Positions 29,091-39,520 of a stretch of DNA of 64,000 bases are shown here, piece after piece (positions within the stretch are counted from its first letter, which is position 1; each line of letters opens with the position of its first letter). The notes below the pieces were generated by a model. It was not told the origin of the DNA. It saw only the letters and a program-made list of their open reading frames with translations, and did no database searches. Made by a program: the position numbers and the translations under genes. Origin of the DNA: an uncultured Verrucomicrobiae bacterium (lineage in GTDB: Bacteria > Verrucomicrobiota > Verrucomicrobiia > Chthoniobacterales > Chthoniobacteraceae); NCBI GenBank assembly GCA_963836755.1, contig CAWIKF010000001.1, positions 288,001 through 352,000 on the forward strand, read 5' to 3'.

Positions 29091-30929
29091 TCACACTGCC
29101 GGTTCGAGTTCGTAGCCGACGAATCGCTGTTCCGAAAGCCGCGCCGGTTTTAAAATCAGCCGATTAATTTTTCGAGGCGCGCCGGTGTGGTCACGATATT
29201 CCTGCACCTGGACGCCGGCAAAAACCGTCTCATCGAATGGCTTGACCAGCAGCGCGAATCCTCTCGCTTTGATCCGCGCCGAACGTTCCGTGAGGATGAT
29301 TTCCTCTTCGCTGATGATCGACGTTTCAAAAGATTCGTGGACCGCAAGCTCGTAAAATTCTTTCACGCGTAAACGGCCTTGGCGCTTGTCCAAATAGAAA
29401 CTGCGGGTCAAATCGATCGCGCCCGCCTCGGCCGGATAGCAGTTCGTGAGATCGATCGAAATTTCCACGTGATCTGCGGCCAGCTCGGCATTGAGAATCC
29501 CTGCCGCGTATTGCAAGCCGGCGGCCTGCTCATGGCCATTCACGATCGGCAGCGAATGCCCGAGCGTCCGCGCGGCGAGGTAGTTGTAGCGGTTTTCGCT
29601 GAAGAAATCCTTCGTATATTCCGGCGCTCCAATCTCGATCACGAGCGGGATGCCGTTAATGTTCAGTAAATAATTTCCGCAGTCGTTGTGATTGTTTTTC
29701 TCCGCGTTGTTGCCCGCTTTCGCCGCGAAATCCCAGCGGTTCCCGCGCGCATCGAGCGCGTGCGCCACGACGATGCCGAGATTTTTAAAATAAAAATCCT
29801 CAGGCTCGATCGCGCGCTCGGCGGAGTGATCGGCGGGCACATTTAAAAAAAGCCGCGTGAGATAAAGCAGGTCCGTGCGCTGGCCGCGCATGTTCAATCC
29901 CGTGTGCCCGAGCCGCGTGTAATTCCGATAGCCGTGCGCGCCGAGCAGGCTGTCGTCAAAGCGCCGGCCGAGGTAGGTGAGCAGCGCCGGATTCAGCGCG
30001 CCGTTACGCGGACTGTCGCCAAAGTTCACGAAATGGTGATTCGCTAGCGTAACGCGCGGTGCGTATTTCGCGATCTCGCGCACGCGCTCGTCGCCGGCGA
30101 AAAACGAGAGCGCTCCATCGGTGCGCGTCTCGAGTTGCTCGTTTAGAAAACTGAACCAGCCGAATCCGTATTGCCAATAGCCCGGCCCTTCCGCGCAGCC
30201 GCCATCCTCGCCGAAGGCCTCGAGAAAAACGTTGAGATAACGGCGCGCAATCAAAAGCAGCCGCGCGATCATCTGCGGATCGTCCTCCGCGGCAAATGCG
30301 GCTCCGAGTAAACCTTGATGGCAGACCGCGTTCCAGTTGCCGCCGGATCGCGTCCAAAACAAGTCTTGATGCCGGTAAATGTAATTCTCGAAAAGTTGTT
30401 TTCGCAGCCGCGTCTTAATTGCGCCCACCAATTCCGCCGGTAATTCCGCGCCAAAAAGATCGAGCGTTTCGCCCATCATGTTGCCGGTTTCGCACGCGAA
30501 TAAATCGAGATGCATCGGATCTTTTCCCGACGGCGAATTCACGTGCGCCGGCAGCGCCCACGAAACTTCCTCCGAAATTTGCGCGAGCTTGTCGCGCATC
30601 GAATCGAGCCAATTTCGTCCGCCATCGATCAGCGCGCACATCGCGGCGCGGGCGAAACGGCGGCGTCTTTCAAAATACGCATCTTCAAACGGCAGCCGAT
30701 TCCCGCTCGTGAAAAATTCGCGATACAACTCGTCCGTCAGCGCGGGCAGTGACTCGCCGATTTCCTTGGTCGCGAGCGCGCGGATCGGCTCCATCCACGA
30801 TTGCACCATCGCGCTTTCCGCAGCGCTTTTCCAACGCTCGGAACCGAGCGGCGGCATCATCGCGCGCTTCGGGATAAAACTCTGTGCTGCCTCGTCCTGC
30901 GTCAGGTTTTCCGCGAGGACGTTCTTCAT
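29091..30929 (-). CDS. Heparinase II/III-like protein
   Basis: ATG 30929 (MKNVLAEN) overlaps the aminopeptidase stop; [41 protein letters not shown]. Confidence 0.8.
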   Translation of the reverse strand: MKNVLAENLTQDEAAQSFIPKRAMMPPLGSERWKSAAESAMVQSWMEPIRALATKEIGESLPALTDELYREFFTSGNRLPFEDAYFERRRRFARAAMCALIDGGRNWLDSMRDKLAQISEEVSWALPAHVNSPSGKDPMHLDLFACETGNMMGETLDLFGAELPAELVGAIKTRLRKQLFENYIYRHQDLFWTRSGGNWNAVCHQGLLGAAFAAEDDPQMIARLLLIARRYLNVFLEAFGEDGGCAEGPGYWQYGFGWFSFLNEQLETRTDGALSFFAGDERVREIAKYAPRVTLANHHFVNFGDSPRNGALNPALLTYLGRRFDDSLLGAHGYRNYTRLGHTGLNMRGQRTDLLYLTRLFLNVPADHSAERAIEPEDFYFKNLGIVVAHALDARGNRWDFAAKAGNNAEKNNHNDCGNYLLNINGIPLVIEIGAPEYTKDFFSENRYNYLAARTLGHSLPIVNGHEQAAGLQYAAGILNAELAADHVEISIDLTNCYPAEAGAIDLTRSFYLDKRQGRLRVKEFYELAVHESFETSIISEEEIILTERSARIKARGFALLVKPFDETVFAGVQVQEYRDHTGAPRKINRLILKPARLSEQRFVGYELEPAV

Positions 30930-32036
30930 CGCAAGCGGTCCGGATTCAAGCGCTGAAGCGGCTTGGGGACGAAAAGTCCGTCGCGGCGGATGACTTTTCC
31001 GTCGAACGAAATGGTGCCGCCGCCATAGTCCTGGCGCTGGATGCAAACCATGTCCCAATGCACTTGCGACGCGGTTGCCGTTGTCCGCCTGCTCGTAGGC
31101 TTGGCCCGGCGTGAAATGAAACGAGCCACTGATTTTTTCGTCGAACAAAATGTCCCGCATTGGATGCAAAATGTGCGGATTAAATGCGAGCGAAAACTCA
31201 CCGATGAAGCGGGCGCCCGCATCAGAGTCGAGAATTTCATTCAACTTTTTCGAATTGTTCGCGGTCGCGTCGACGACTTTGCCGTCTTTGAAAGCGAGGC
31301 GAATGCTGTCAAAGGCGGTCCCTTGATAAATGGTCGGCGCGTTAAACGTGACGTGACCTTGCACGGAATTTTTGACGGGCGCGGTGAAGACTTCGCCGTC
31401 CGGAATATTGTGCGAGCCACCGCACGTGATCGCCGGTATTCCCCTGATGGAAAATTGCAAATCGGTGCCCGGACCTTTGATTTCCACGCGGTCAGTTTTT
31501 TCCATCAACGCTTTCAGCGCCTTCATTCCCGGCACCATCCGCGCGTAGTCGAGCGTGCAGACATTGAAGTAAAAGTTTTCGAATTGCTCGGTGCTCATCC
31601 CGGCCTGCTGCGCCATCGACGGCGTCGGCCAGCGCAACACGCACCAGCGGGTTTTTTTCACGCGCCAGTCGATCACGGGGCGCATGATTTTCATCGCGAG
31701 CTTCATTTTTTCGCCCGGCACGTCGGACATCTCGGTGATGTTTTCACTGCCGCGCACTGCGATGTAGGCGTCCATCTTTTTCATCCGCGCCAGCTCGTGC
31801 TCAGCTGCAAATTGATACTGCGCCTCGCTCGCCTCACGCGCCATCTCGCGCACGACGCGGGCCTGATGCGTCTGCACGAACGGCAGCGCTTTCGCACCGC
31901 GCACCGCGCGAATGAGCGCCACGGTCATCTCGGGCGGAATGTCGTATGCGTCGAGCAAGACTTTTTCGCCTGGCCGCAGCTTCGTGGAATAGCCGACCAG
32001 CAGCTCCGCGAGTTGATCGAAACGTGGGTCGCGCAT
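30926..32036 (-). CDS. Peptidase M29 aminopeptidase with an apparent 1-nt insertion near 31070
   Basis: [33 protein letters not shown]; the conserved C-terminus SQVHWDMV...GGG.I.FDG continues in another frame and ends at 30926. Confidence 0.88.
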
Positions 32037-32133
32037 GAAAATAAAGGATTGTGACGGAAGCGGAGGCCTTTAACTTTTACTGCATGAACCTCGAAATCCC
32101 AGCGCAAAAACAGACGCGATTGCTCGCAAAGAA

Positions 32134-32613
32134 ATGAGCGCCGAAGTTTTGCTCTCCGCTTCGCAGCTTGCCGCGGAGCGCGCGCGGCTCAATGCGAACG
32201 GCGCGAAATTGGTTTTCACCAACGGCTGTTTCGACCTACTCCACGTCGGCCACGTCCGCTATTTGCAGGCTGCGCGCGCGCTCGGCGATGCGCTCGCGGT
32301 CGCGGTGAATGGCGACGCCTCGGTGCGCGGGTTGAAAGGCGAAGGGCGTCCGATCAATGGCGAAGCGGATCGCGCGGAAGTCATCGCCGCGCTCGAGTGC
32401 GTCGATTTCGTCACGATTTTTCCCGAGCAGCGCGTGACGAATTTGGTGCGCGAAGTGCGCCCGCATATTTACGCGAAAGGCGGCGACTACACCATCGACA
32501 GCCTCGACTCCGAGGAGCGCACTGCGCTGGAAAACGCGGGCGCTGAAATCAAAATTTTGCCGCTCGTGCCTGGAAAATCGACGACGAGCATCATCGCGAA
32601 ATGGAAAAGCTGA
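32134..32613 (+). CDS. rfaE2: RfaE2-type heptose 1-phosphate adenylyltransferase
   Basis: FTNGCFDLLHVGHVRYL, KGEGRPIN, KGGDY, STTSII. Confidence 0.88.
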   Translation: MSAEVLLSASQLAAERARLNANGAKLVFTNGCFDLLHVGHVRYLQAARALGDALAVAVNGDASVRGLKGEGRPINGEADRAEVIAALECVDFVTIFPEQRVTNLVREVRPHIYAKGGDYTIDSLDSEERTALENAGAEIKILPLVPGKSTTSIIAKWKS

Positions 32614-33188
32614 AGCTTGGCGTGCTCGGTTCGGGCAAAGGTTCCAACTTTCGCGCCATCCTGGATGCCATCGCGGCGGGCTCGCTGCAGGCCGAGGTGC
32701 GCATCGCGATTTCAGATGTCGAAAGCGCCGGCATCCTTGATTTGGCGCGGATGCGCGGGCTGCGCGCGGAATTTGTCGCGCCGGGAAATTACCGCACGAA
32801 GATGGAAACGGACGCGGAAAAAAAAGTCGTTGAACTGCTGCAATCCGAAAAAGTCGAGCTCGTCGTCCTCGCCGGTTTCATGCGGATGATCAAGGCGCCG
32901 CTGCTCGAGGCTTTTCCGCGCCGCATCCTGAATATCCATCCGTCGCTGCTGCCGAAATTCCCCGGACTGGAAGCGTGGAAACAGGCACTCGCGGCCGGCG
33001 CGATGACCACGGGCTGCACGGTGCATTACGTGGACGGCGGGATGGACAGCGGCGAAATTCTCGCGCAACACGAGGTCGCGATCGAGCCGGACGACACGCC
33101 GGAAAGTTTGCACGCGCGCATCCAGCACGCCGAGCACGCGCTTTATCCCGAGGTGATTCGCGGCTTCGTGCGCGGGCGAGCAGATTGA
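32601..33188 (+). CDS. purN: Phosphoribosylglycinamide formyltransferase
   Basis: SGKGSN, LAGFMR, NIHPSLLPKFPG, GCTVHYVD.GMDSG. Confidence 0.96.
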   Translation: MEKLKLGVLGSGKGSNFRAILDAIAAGSLQAEVRIAISDVESAGILDLARMRGLRAEFVAPGNYRTKMETDAEKKVVELLQSEKVELVVLAGFMRMIKAPLLEAFPRRILNIHPSLLPKFPGLEAWKQALAAGAMTTGCTVHYVDGGMDSGEILAQHEVAIEPDDTPESLHARIQHAEHALYPEVIRGFVRGRAD

Positions 33189-33220
33189 ATCCGGCGCGCG
33201 ATTACTTCAAAATATTCTCG

Positions 33221-33673
33221 ATGTCCACCGAACCAGTCACCCTGATTCTCGCCGAAGACGATGATGGCCACGCGCATCTCGTGGAGCGGAATTTGCACCG
33301 CGCCGGTTTGTTGAACAACTTTCTCCGCGTGCGCGATGGGCAGGAGTTGATCGATTTCATGCACGGCCGCGGCGAATTTGGCGACCGCGTTCTCAGCGAA
33401 TCGCTCGTCGTTTTACTCGATATCAACATGCCGCGTGTCGATGGGATCGAGGCGTTGCAGCAAATCAAGGGCGACCCGGCGCTCAGCGCGACTCCGGTGA
33501 TCATGCTGACCACCACGGACGATCCGCGCGAGATTGACAACTGCTACAAGGCCGGCTGCAACGTCTACATCACAAAGCCGGTCGAATACGAGGCGTTCAT
33601 CGACGCGATCAAGCGACTCGGGATGTTTTTGCAGATTGTGAAAAAGCCGCGCAGCGGCCGCGGTCGCGCCTAG
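33221..33673 (+). CDS. Single-domain response regulator (Rcp1-like)
   Basis: AEDD, LLDINMP, TTTDDPREI..CY.AGCN.YITKPV. Confidence 0.92.
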   Translation: MSTEPVTLILAEDDDGHAHLVERNLHRAGLLNNFLRVRDGQELIDFMHGRGEFGDRVLSESLVVLLDINMPRVDGIEALQQIKGDPALSATPVIMLTTTDDPREIDNCYKAGCNVYITKPVEYEAFIDAIKRLGMFLQIVKKPRSGRGRA

Positions 33674-33678
33674 GCCGA

Positions 33679-36045
33679 ATGAGCGATGTATTTCGCGGGC
33701 GCGTGCTCGTGCTTGAGGATGACGGGGGAGTAAATTATCTCCAGTGCCAGGCGCTCAAGCGCTCCGGTTTCACGGCAGTGCCGTCGATGAGCGCAACCGA
33801 TGCGCTGGAAAAAATCCGCGAGGGCGGCATCGATATTTTGCTCACCGATTACGTCTTGCCGGGCGAGCTGAACGGCGTCGATTTTTACAAACAAGTCGTC
33901 GCCGCCGGTTTCGATCTGCCGGCGATTTTGGTGACCGGATTTAGCGACGAACAAAAAGTGATCGAAGCGCTCCGCGCGGGCGTGCGCGAGTTCATCCCGA
34001 AGACGCTCGACTACATCGAGTTTCTGCCCGCGGCGGTCGAGCGCGTGATGAAACAAGTGCGCGCCGAGCGGCAGCTGGCCGAATCCGAGCGGCTGCGCGA
34101 AAGCGAGGAGCGTTTCCGGACATCGGTCGAAAGTTTGCTCGACGCCTTTGCAACTTTTACCGCATCGCGCGACAGCTCGGGCGAGATCGTTGATCTCCGG
34201 ATCGAATTCGCCAATCACGCCGCTTGCGCGTCGCTGGGTCGTTGCGCCGAAGAGCTGAACGGGCGGGGACTTTTACAACTGTTACCGTCGAGCAGAACAA
34301 ACGGTTTGTTTGCGCATTATGTGCAGGTTGTTGTCACAGGAGAGCCGTTTGTCGCGGACGGATGTCAAGTGACGGACGATTGGGGCGATGGTCGCCGGAC
34401 GCGCAGTTTCGACATTCGCGTTTCAAAACTGGGAGATGGCATCGCAGCCGCGTGGCGCGACGTGACAGACCGGATGCTTGCGGAGGAGGCCTTGCGCGAA
34501 AGTCAGGAACGGCTGCGCCTCGCGGTCGATTCCGCCGCATTGGGCGCGTGGGAACTCGCGCCGCAAACCGGCGCACTTTTCTTTTCGGAACGCTGCCGAA
34601 AAATGTTTGGATTCGGCCCGGATGAGCAGGTCACATATCAAATTTTTCTCGGTCGCTTGCACCCTGAGGATCGCATTGCGACCGAGGCTGCGGTCGACGC
34701 CGCACTCAATCCGACTGGCAACGGACATTATAGCATCGATTACCGGGCCGTTTGGCCTGACGGCACTGTCCGATGGATCGCTGCGGCGGGACGAGCCTTC
34801 TTTGACGGCGAAGGCAGCAACCGCGTTGCGACTCGATTTTTGGGCACAGTTCTCGACGTTTCGCAGCGAAAGCTCGCGGAGCTGGAATTGAACCGCGCGA
34901 AGCAGGCGGCCGAGGCCGCGAACCAGGCGAAGGATCAGTTTCTCGCGGCGCTCTCGCACGAGCTGCGCACGCCTTTGACGCCGGTGCTCGCGATCGCATC
35001 GGACCTTGAGCGGGACGCGGCGCTTCCCCGTGAGCTGCGCGAAAAACTCCGCGTCATCAGCCGCAATGTCGAGCTGGAGGCGCGGCTCATCGATGATTTG
35101 CTCGACCTCACGCGCATCGTGCGCGGCAAGCTCGAGCTGCGCCGCGACGTCGTCGTGCTCGACGAAGTTTTACGCCAGACCTCGCACGACGTCTGTCCGC
35201 CCGCGGACAAAGATGTCGCGCTCGATTTGCAACTCACGCTGCAAGACGCGCGGACGTGGGCGGATGCCTCGCGCTTAACGCAAGTCATTTGCAATTTGCT
35301 CTCCAATGCTTACAAATTTACGGGGGCTTCCGGTCGCGTCACATTGAGCAGCTCCCTCGAACCCGGAGGCGGGCTCGCTTTTGAAGTGAGGGACAATGGA
35401 ATGGGCATCGATCCGGAAATGCTGCCGCGAATTTTCGATGCGTTTGAGCAGGGACCGAGACGCATCACGCGTCAATTCGGCGGGCTCGGACTCGGGCTCG
35501 CGATCAGCAAAGCGATTGTGGACCGGCACGGCGGCACACTCACAGCGGAGAGCGACGGTCTTGGCAAAGGCGCGAAATTCCGCGTCGTGCTGCCGCCATT
35601 AAAGGATTCGCAAAACGTCGGGGCACAGAGCCATTTCGCAGACGACTCTGCAGGAGCAAACAAGATGGTGCCGTGGCACATTCTCGTCGTTGAGGATCAT
35701 GCAGACACGGCGAGCGTGATGGAGAATTTACTCCGCCGCATGAAGCACAAGGTGACGATTGCGAACAGCATCGCCGAAGCGATGGCTATGGAGGAAAAAA
35801 ATCGCGAGTCGGCGCCATTCGATTTGATTTTGTGCGATCTCGGTTTGCCGGATGGCTCCGGCATCGATCTCATGCGGCAGCTCTCGCAGCGGTCATCCGC
35901 GCGCGCGATCGCGCTCAGCGGGTTTGGAATGGACGAAGATGTGCTCAGCAGCCGCGCCGCTGGGTTTTCCGCGCATCTCGTGAAGCCTGTGAGTCTCTCC
36001 ACGCTCGAGGCGACGATGAAAAGCGTGATGCTTTCGGGGCGTTAA
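33679..36045 (+). CDS. Cytoplasmic hybrid histidine kinase (REC-PAS-PAS-HisKA-HATPase-REC)
   Basis: LTDYVLP; LHPED PAS segment; LSHELRTPL; NLLSNAYKF, DNGMGI, GGLGLGL; C-terminal CDLGLPD...KPV. Confidence 0.93.
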   Translation: MSDVFRGRVLVLEDDGGVNYLQCQALKRSGFTAVPSMSATDALEKIREGGIDILLTDYVLPGELNGVDFYKQVVAAGFDLPAILVTGFSDEQKVIEALRAGVREFIPKTLDYIEFLPAAVERVMKQVRAERQLAESERLRESEERFRTSVESLLDAFATFTASRDSSGEIVDLRIEFANHAACASLGRCAEELNGRGLLQLLPSSRTNGLFAHYVQVVVTGEPFVADGCQVTDDWGDGRRTRSFDIRVSKLGDGIAAAWRDVTDRMLAEEALRESQERLRLAVDSAALGAWELAPQTGALFFSERCRKMFGFGPDEQVTYQIFLGRLHPEDRIATEAAVDAALNPTGNGHYSIDYRAVWPDGTVRWIAAAGRAFFDGEGSNRVATRFLGTVLDVSQRKLAELELNRAKQAAEAANQAKDQFLAALSHELRTPLTPVLAIASDLERDAALPRELREKLRVISRNVELEARLIDDLLDLTRIVRGKLELRRDVVVLDEVLRQTSHDVCPPADKDVALDLQLTLQDARTWADASRLTQVICNLLSNAYKFTGASGRVTLSSSLEPGGGLAFEVRDNGMGIDPEMLPRIFDAFEQGPRRITRQFGGLGLGLAISKAIVDRHGGTLTAESDGLGKGAKFRVVLPPLKDSQNVGAQSHFADDSAGANKMVPWHILVVEDHADTASVMENLLRRMKHKVTIANSIAEAMAMEEKNRESAPFDLILCDLGLPDGSGIDLMRQLSQRSSARAIALSGFGMDEDVLSSRAAGFSAHLVKPVSLSTLEATMKSVMLSGR

Positions 36046-36112
36046 CGGGTCGCAGGCCGCAGATTGAGGAGCGAATGCAGCCATTCGCCGTCGGTGTTTC
36101 GTTATCCCGTGC

Positions 36113-36820
36113 ATGCCTGAAACAATTTTGATCACCGGCGCGAATCGCGGCATCGGCCTTGCACTTGCGCGCGAACTGCTCGGTGCGGGGCAAAAAGTCA
36201 TCGCCGCCGCGCGGCATCCGGCGGACTCGGAGGAATTGAAAGAACTGGAAATGGTGCACGCGGAAAGAGTGACGCTTGTGCAGCTCGACGTGACATCTGA
36301 TGAGTCGGTGCTTGGTGCCGCGAAGGCGCTGGAGCGCGAGGTGCCGGCGATCGACGTGCTGGTGAATAACGCCGCAATTTTTCCCGAGGAAGGCGACGAG
36401 TCGATTGTCGATTTTGATTTGCAACATTTCCGCGATGCATTTGAAACCAACGTCATTGGCGTCGTGCGAATGACGCGCGCTTTTTTGCCGCTGCTGGAAA
36501 AGTCTGAGAATCCGCGCGTGGTTAATATTTCGTCGGGTGCCGGTTCCATTTCCAAGAAAGACGACCACGGCTACTACGCCTACTCCACGTCGAAGGCGGC
36601 GCTGAACATGGTCACACGCGCGATGGCGGCGGAACTGAAAAAAGTCTGCATCGTCGCGCTTTCGCCGGGATGGGTGAAGACCGATATGGGCGGGCCGAAC
36701 GCGCCGCTCACGCCCGAGGCGTCCGCGCGCGCGATCGCGAGAACCGCACTGAATTTGAAGTGCGAGCAAAGTTCAAAATTTCTCGAGCGAACGGGCTCGG
36801 AGAGCAGTTGGGCCTGGTAG
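36113..36820 (+). CDS. SDR family oxidoreductase
   Basis: TGANRGIG, NNA, YSTSK, SPGWVKTDMGG. Confidence 0.92.
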   Translation: MPETILITGANRGIGLALARELLGAGQKVIAAARHPADSEELKELEMVHAERVTLVQLDVTSDESVLGAAKALEREVPAIDVLVNNAAIFPEEGDESIVDFDLQHFRDAFETNVIGVVRMTRAFLPLLEKSENPRVVNISSGAGSISKKDDHGYYAYSTSKAALNMVTRAMAAELKKVCIVALSPGWVKTDMGGPNAPLTPEASARAIARTALNLKCEQSSKFLERTGSESSWAW

Positions 36821-36824
36821 CGAA

Positions 36825-37418
36825 TCAGGCGCGAAGCGGCGTCAGCGCTGCATCGAGCGCTTCCATCGGCAGTCCGATCACGTTGGTGCGCGAGCCGTCA
36901 ATTTTGGCGATGAGACCGATCGGGTCTTCCTGTGCGGCATAAGCGCCGGCCTTGTCCAGCGGTTGCACGAGCGTCAGATATTTGCGGATTTCGACGGCGG
37001 AAAGGTTACGGAAATGAACGCGCGAAACTTCGACGAGACCGCGCGCGAAATTCCGCGCGCCGCACTCGATCCAAACGCCTGTAAAAACTTCGTGCGTCCG
37101 TCCATTCAGCCGCGAGAGCATGGCGAATGCGTCATCGAGGTCGCGCGGCTTGCCGAGCGGTTCTCCATCGAGCGCGACCAACGTGTCGGCGCCGATCACG
37201 ATCGCATCTCGCCGCAAACGCGCGACGGCAACAGCTTTTAACCGGGCGTTAAGCAACGTCGTTTCAGCCACCGTCAGATGTGTCGGAGTTTTTTCCGAAA
37301 CGTCCGCGACAAGAACTTTGAAATCATACCCGAGCTGCGCCAGCAGCTCGCGCCGTCGCGGCGAGCCTGATGCGAGCACGAGCGGCGCGGAAAAAATGAT
37401 GCGTGATTTTTTTCCCAC
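36825..37418 (-). CDS. maf: Maf family nucleoside triphosphate pyrophosphatase
   Basis: LASGSPRRRELL, GADT, GKP, DKAGAY, NVIGLP. Confidence 0.94.
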   Translation of the reverse strand: MGKKSRIIFSAPLVLASGSPRRRELLAQLGYDFKVLVADVSEKTPTHLTVAETTLLNARLKAVAVARLRRDAIVIGADTLVALDGEPLGKPRDLDDAFAMLSRLNGRTHEVFTGVWIECGARNFARGLVEVSRVHFRNLSAVEIRKYLTLVQPLDKAGAYAAQEDPIGLIAKIDGSRTNVIGLPMEALDAALTPLRA

Positions 37419-37431
37419 GCCGCGGTCGCCG

Positions 37432-38109
37432 CTATTGCTGCGGCATGTTGAATGACGGCATTTTCATCTGCGTGTAGCCGGCGGGTATTTGAAATTCCGT
37501 GTCGGCGACCGGCTGTTCGTTCACCGAGACAAGCGTCGTCGTGATTTTTTGGCCGTTCATATCCACTTCGGTTTTGATCGGCATCCCCTTGAAATCGCTC
37601 GGGCTTGGCATCAGACCTTTCGTCATCGCCGCGAGACCGCCTTGCTGGAATTTCGTCATCGCGGCGAGCACGTTCGCCCAATTTGGAAAGTTCGGCGCGA
37701 TCCAATATTCAACTTTCATCCCGCCGAACTGACACGTGTATTCCTCAGTCTCGTAGCCATTGATAGTTTCCTTGCGGCCGGTCGCGACCGGCTTAGGATT
37801 CGGCGCGGGCGAACCCGATGCCGTCTGCTGTTGCATCTGCTTTTGCATTTGCTCCATCAACGCCTTGGTGCTGCTCGCGGGGATGATCATGTAAGATTTT
37901 TGCGCGGGCATGAGGGTCGTCACGTCGCCGGTCGTCGCATCGGTGATCGTGCTGACCTGCGGCGAGACGTCGGCGCGGATTTTGTCGCCCTTGAATTTCA
38001 TCGTCATCTCGCCGGACTGGCCTGCGCCCTCGACTTTTTGCACGATGACCATGTCCGCGCGCGCGGCGAACGTCAGGCCGAGAGAAATGAGGACGGGGAG
38101 AAATTTCAT
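37432..38109 (-). CDS. Secreted DUF4412-like protein
   Basis: Signal peptide; TGRKETINGYETEEY; FQIPAGY. Confidence 0.75.
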   Translation of the reverse strand: MKFLPVLISLGLTFAARADMVIVQKVEGAGQSGEMTMKFKGDKIRADVSPQVSTITDATTGDVTTLMPAQKSYMIIPASSTKALMEQMQKQMQQQTASGSPAPNPKPVATGRKETINGYETEEYTCQFGGMKVEYWIAPNFPNWANVLAAMTKFQQGGLAAMTKGLMPSPSDFKGMPIKTEVDMNGQKITTTLVSVNEQPVADTEFQIPAGYTQMKMPSFNMPQQ

Positions 38110-38162
38110 CCTATTTTCGTAAACCCGCGAGGGGCGTTTGCCAAATCAATCTCGCGCGGCAT

Positions 38163-38735
38163 TCAAGCCCGCTTTTGTAAAATGCGCAGAAGTTCGCGGC
38201 CCTCGCGGCCGGGGAAAGTCCGCCCCGGAACCCATTCGTCGAGCACGTCAAAACTTTTTCCAAACAGCGTGTCGAGCTCCGCGATTGTCACGCCAAACGG
38301 CGGCCCAACATCGCTGCCGGGATCGAGATAAAAGATCGCGAGCAATTTTCCGCCGCCTTTAAGAGCATTGCGGGCGGCCGCCGCGTAGTCGGCGCGCTGC
38401 GACGGATCGATCGCGCAAAAACAAGTGTGCTCGAAGATCCAGTCAAAGTTTTCGCGTGAACCGATCTCGAAAAAATCGGCGAGCTCGTAACGCTCGTGCG
38501 CAACTTTTGGAAAAGTTTCCGCGCCGCGAATCGCACTCGGCGCGATGTCGATGCCGAGCACTTTGTTTTCAGTCCGCGAAATCGCGCGGACATCGAAACC
38601 GTAGCCGCAGCCGGGCACGAGCACCACGCCGTCGAGCGGATGCGCGCGAACAAAATCGACGAGCTCAGGATGCGGCGCGCCTTTGTCCCAAGGCGTTTCG
38701 CCGGTGCGGTAGCGCTCTTCCCAATCAGTTGGCAT
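38163..38735 (-). CDS. TPMT-like thiol/halide SAM methyltransferase
   Basis: TPWDKG, VLVPGCGYGFD, FDWIFEHTCFCAIDP, GPPFG. Confidence 0.85.
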   Translation of the reverse strand: MPTDWEERYRTGETPWDKGAPHPELVDFVRAHPLDGVVLVPGCGYGFDVRAISRTENKVLGIDIAPSAIRGAETFPKVAHERYELADFFEIGSRENFDWIFEHTCFCAIDPSQRADYAAAARNALKGGGKLLAIFYLDPGSDVGPPFGVTIAELDTLFGKSFDVLDEWVPGRTFPGREGRELLRILQKRA

Positions 38736-38753
38736 CTTGTGCGGCGCGCGAAA

Positions 38754-39515
38754 TTATTTCCGCACCCAGACGCTGGCGTGCGCGACATTCCATTGAAATT
38801 TTCGCGCATGCTCGCGGATTAAAAACGGGATGTCGCGCGTTCGCAAAAGTTTGAAGTCGCTCGACAAAAATCGGTTCAGCGTATCGAACGTGTCGTAACG
38901 GACGCCGTCGCGCTCATAGCCGCCGAGCCAGTTCGGCAGAGGCGTGAATTCTTTTGTCCAGGTGCACGGCGTCGTGATGATGAGCTGGCCGCCAGGCCGC
39001 ACGAGTTGCGGAAATTTCAACACGAGCTTGATCGGTTCCTCGAGCCGGCAGAGCAGATTCGCCGCGAGCACGACATCGAAAGTGCCGAGCATCGCTCGCA
39101 ACCGCAGCGCATCGCCGACTTCAAAATGGACGCGCGTGCGATCGATTTCATGCGGCACCTCCGCGACGCAGCGCGAGGTCAGCATGCCTTCGGTGATGCG
39201 ATCAAAGCCGAGCCGGCCGGTTTTTTTCAACTGAGCAGCGGCGCGAATAAAGTGCTGCGAATTATCGATGCCAATGACTTCCGGGGAATGCCGCGCCAGC
39301 TCGAAGCTCGCGCGGCCGACCGCGCAGCCGAGATCCAGCGCGCGCGCATTCGGGGCGAGCAGCGTCGTGTCGAGACCGATGCTTACGCAGCGCTCAGCGA
39401 AACCGACAGCTTCGCGCGGACCGAAATCATACGGCAGCAAATCCTCAGCAGTGCCGTAGTGAAAAAGCAGATATTCATTGAGCGTGCGTTCGGTCTCGTA
39501 AACGTTTTCCGCCAT
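38754..39515 (-). CDS. Stand-alone OvoA C-terminal-like methyltransferase (putative mercaptohistidine N-methyltransferase family)
   Basis: NVYET...EYLLFHYG, ALDLGCAVGRASFELAR, VLAANLLCRL, PFLIREHARKFQ. Confidence 0.8.
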   Translation of the reverse strand: MAENVYETERTLNEYLLFHYGTAEDLLPYDFGPREAVGFAERCVSIGLDTTLLAPNARALDLGCAVGRASFELARHSPEVIGIDNSQHFIRAAAQLKKTGRLGFDRITEGMLTSRCVAEVPHEIDRTRVHFEVGDALRLRAMLGTFDVVLAANLLCRLEEPIKLVLKFPQLVRPGGQLIITTPCTWTKEFTPLPNWLGGYERDGVRYDTFDTLNRFLSSDFKLLRTRDIPFLIREHARKFQWNVAHASVWVRK

Positions 39516-39520
39516 TCGCG

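Noticed and set aside
29091..32036. 981-aa aminopeptidase-heparinase fusion protein
   Set aside because: Explained by a single extra base; the true aminopeptidase C-terminus lies in another frame
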